Below, piece after piece: positions 23,450-23,550 of a stretch of 23,550 nt of DNA. The stretch's first letter is position 1, and each line of letters opens with the position of its first letter. The position numbers and the translations under genes were made by a program. This stretch comes from an uncultured virus (IMG/VR IMGVR_UViG_3300049893_002526) (taxonomy: Duplodnaviria > Heunggongvirae > Uroviricota > Caudoviricetes). Where the stretch lies: the IMG/VR virus record IMGVR_UViG_3300049893_002526. One strand, 5' to 3'. The notes beneath the pieces are model-generated. The model was not told the origin of the DNA, did no database searches, and saw nothing but the letters and a program-made list of their open reading frames with translations.

Positions 23450-23550
23450 GCGGTATATTTTTCAAAGCCAGGGTCTTCTTGCCCTTTTGACACGGCGACG
23501 GCCCGCTTATAAAAGTGTGACTCAGTCTTACCAGCAGCTTCCAGGGCCGT

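Overview
This is a phage genome segment, most likely from a large lytic cyanophage. That call is inferred from a DUF4278-like YRG-motif gene, several small ORF families typical of cyanophages and cyanobacterial-type boxA sequences. Positions 1-19027 are almost entirely minus-strand. They hold a replication block (tandem-OB SSB, degenerate HNH-HTH protein, Klenow-type family A DNA polymerase), a RavA/ViaA-like AAA+/VWA module, an NrdR-like zinc ribbon, a tRNA-CAT, an RlpA-like protein and about 20 small, probably early genes. Positions 19133-23449 are plus-strand: a 986-aa unknown protein and small genes. The most striking feature is the non-coding stretch at about 17040-18000, at the head of the minus-strand small-gene array. 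It follows a sigma70-like promoter and carries two rRNA-type boxA-like sequences. It is packed with long perfect or G-U-containing helices (up to 17 bp) enclosing multi-branched domains, which suggests a large (~950 nt) structured RNA. Directly downstream lies a ~90-110 nt structured motif that recurs ahead of a second gene, with compensatory stem changes and two mutually exclusive pairings. Smaller repeated intergenic hairpins also occur, and an intrinsic terminator abuts the polymerase start codon. Together these suggest an RNA-based antitermination or processing system. All family calls come from reading motifs by eye; no searches were run.
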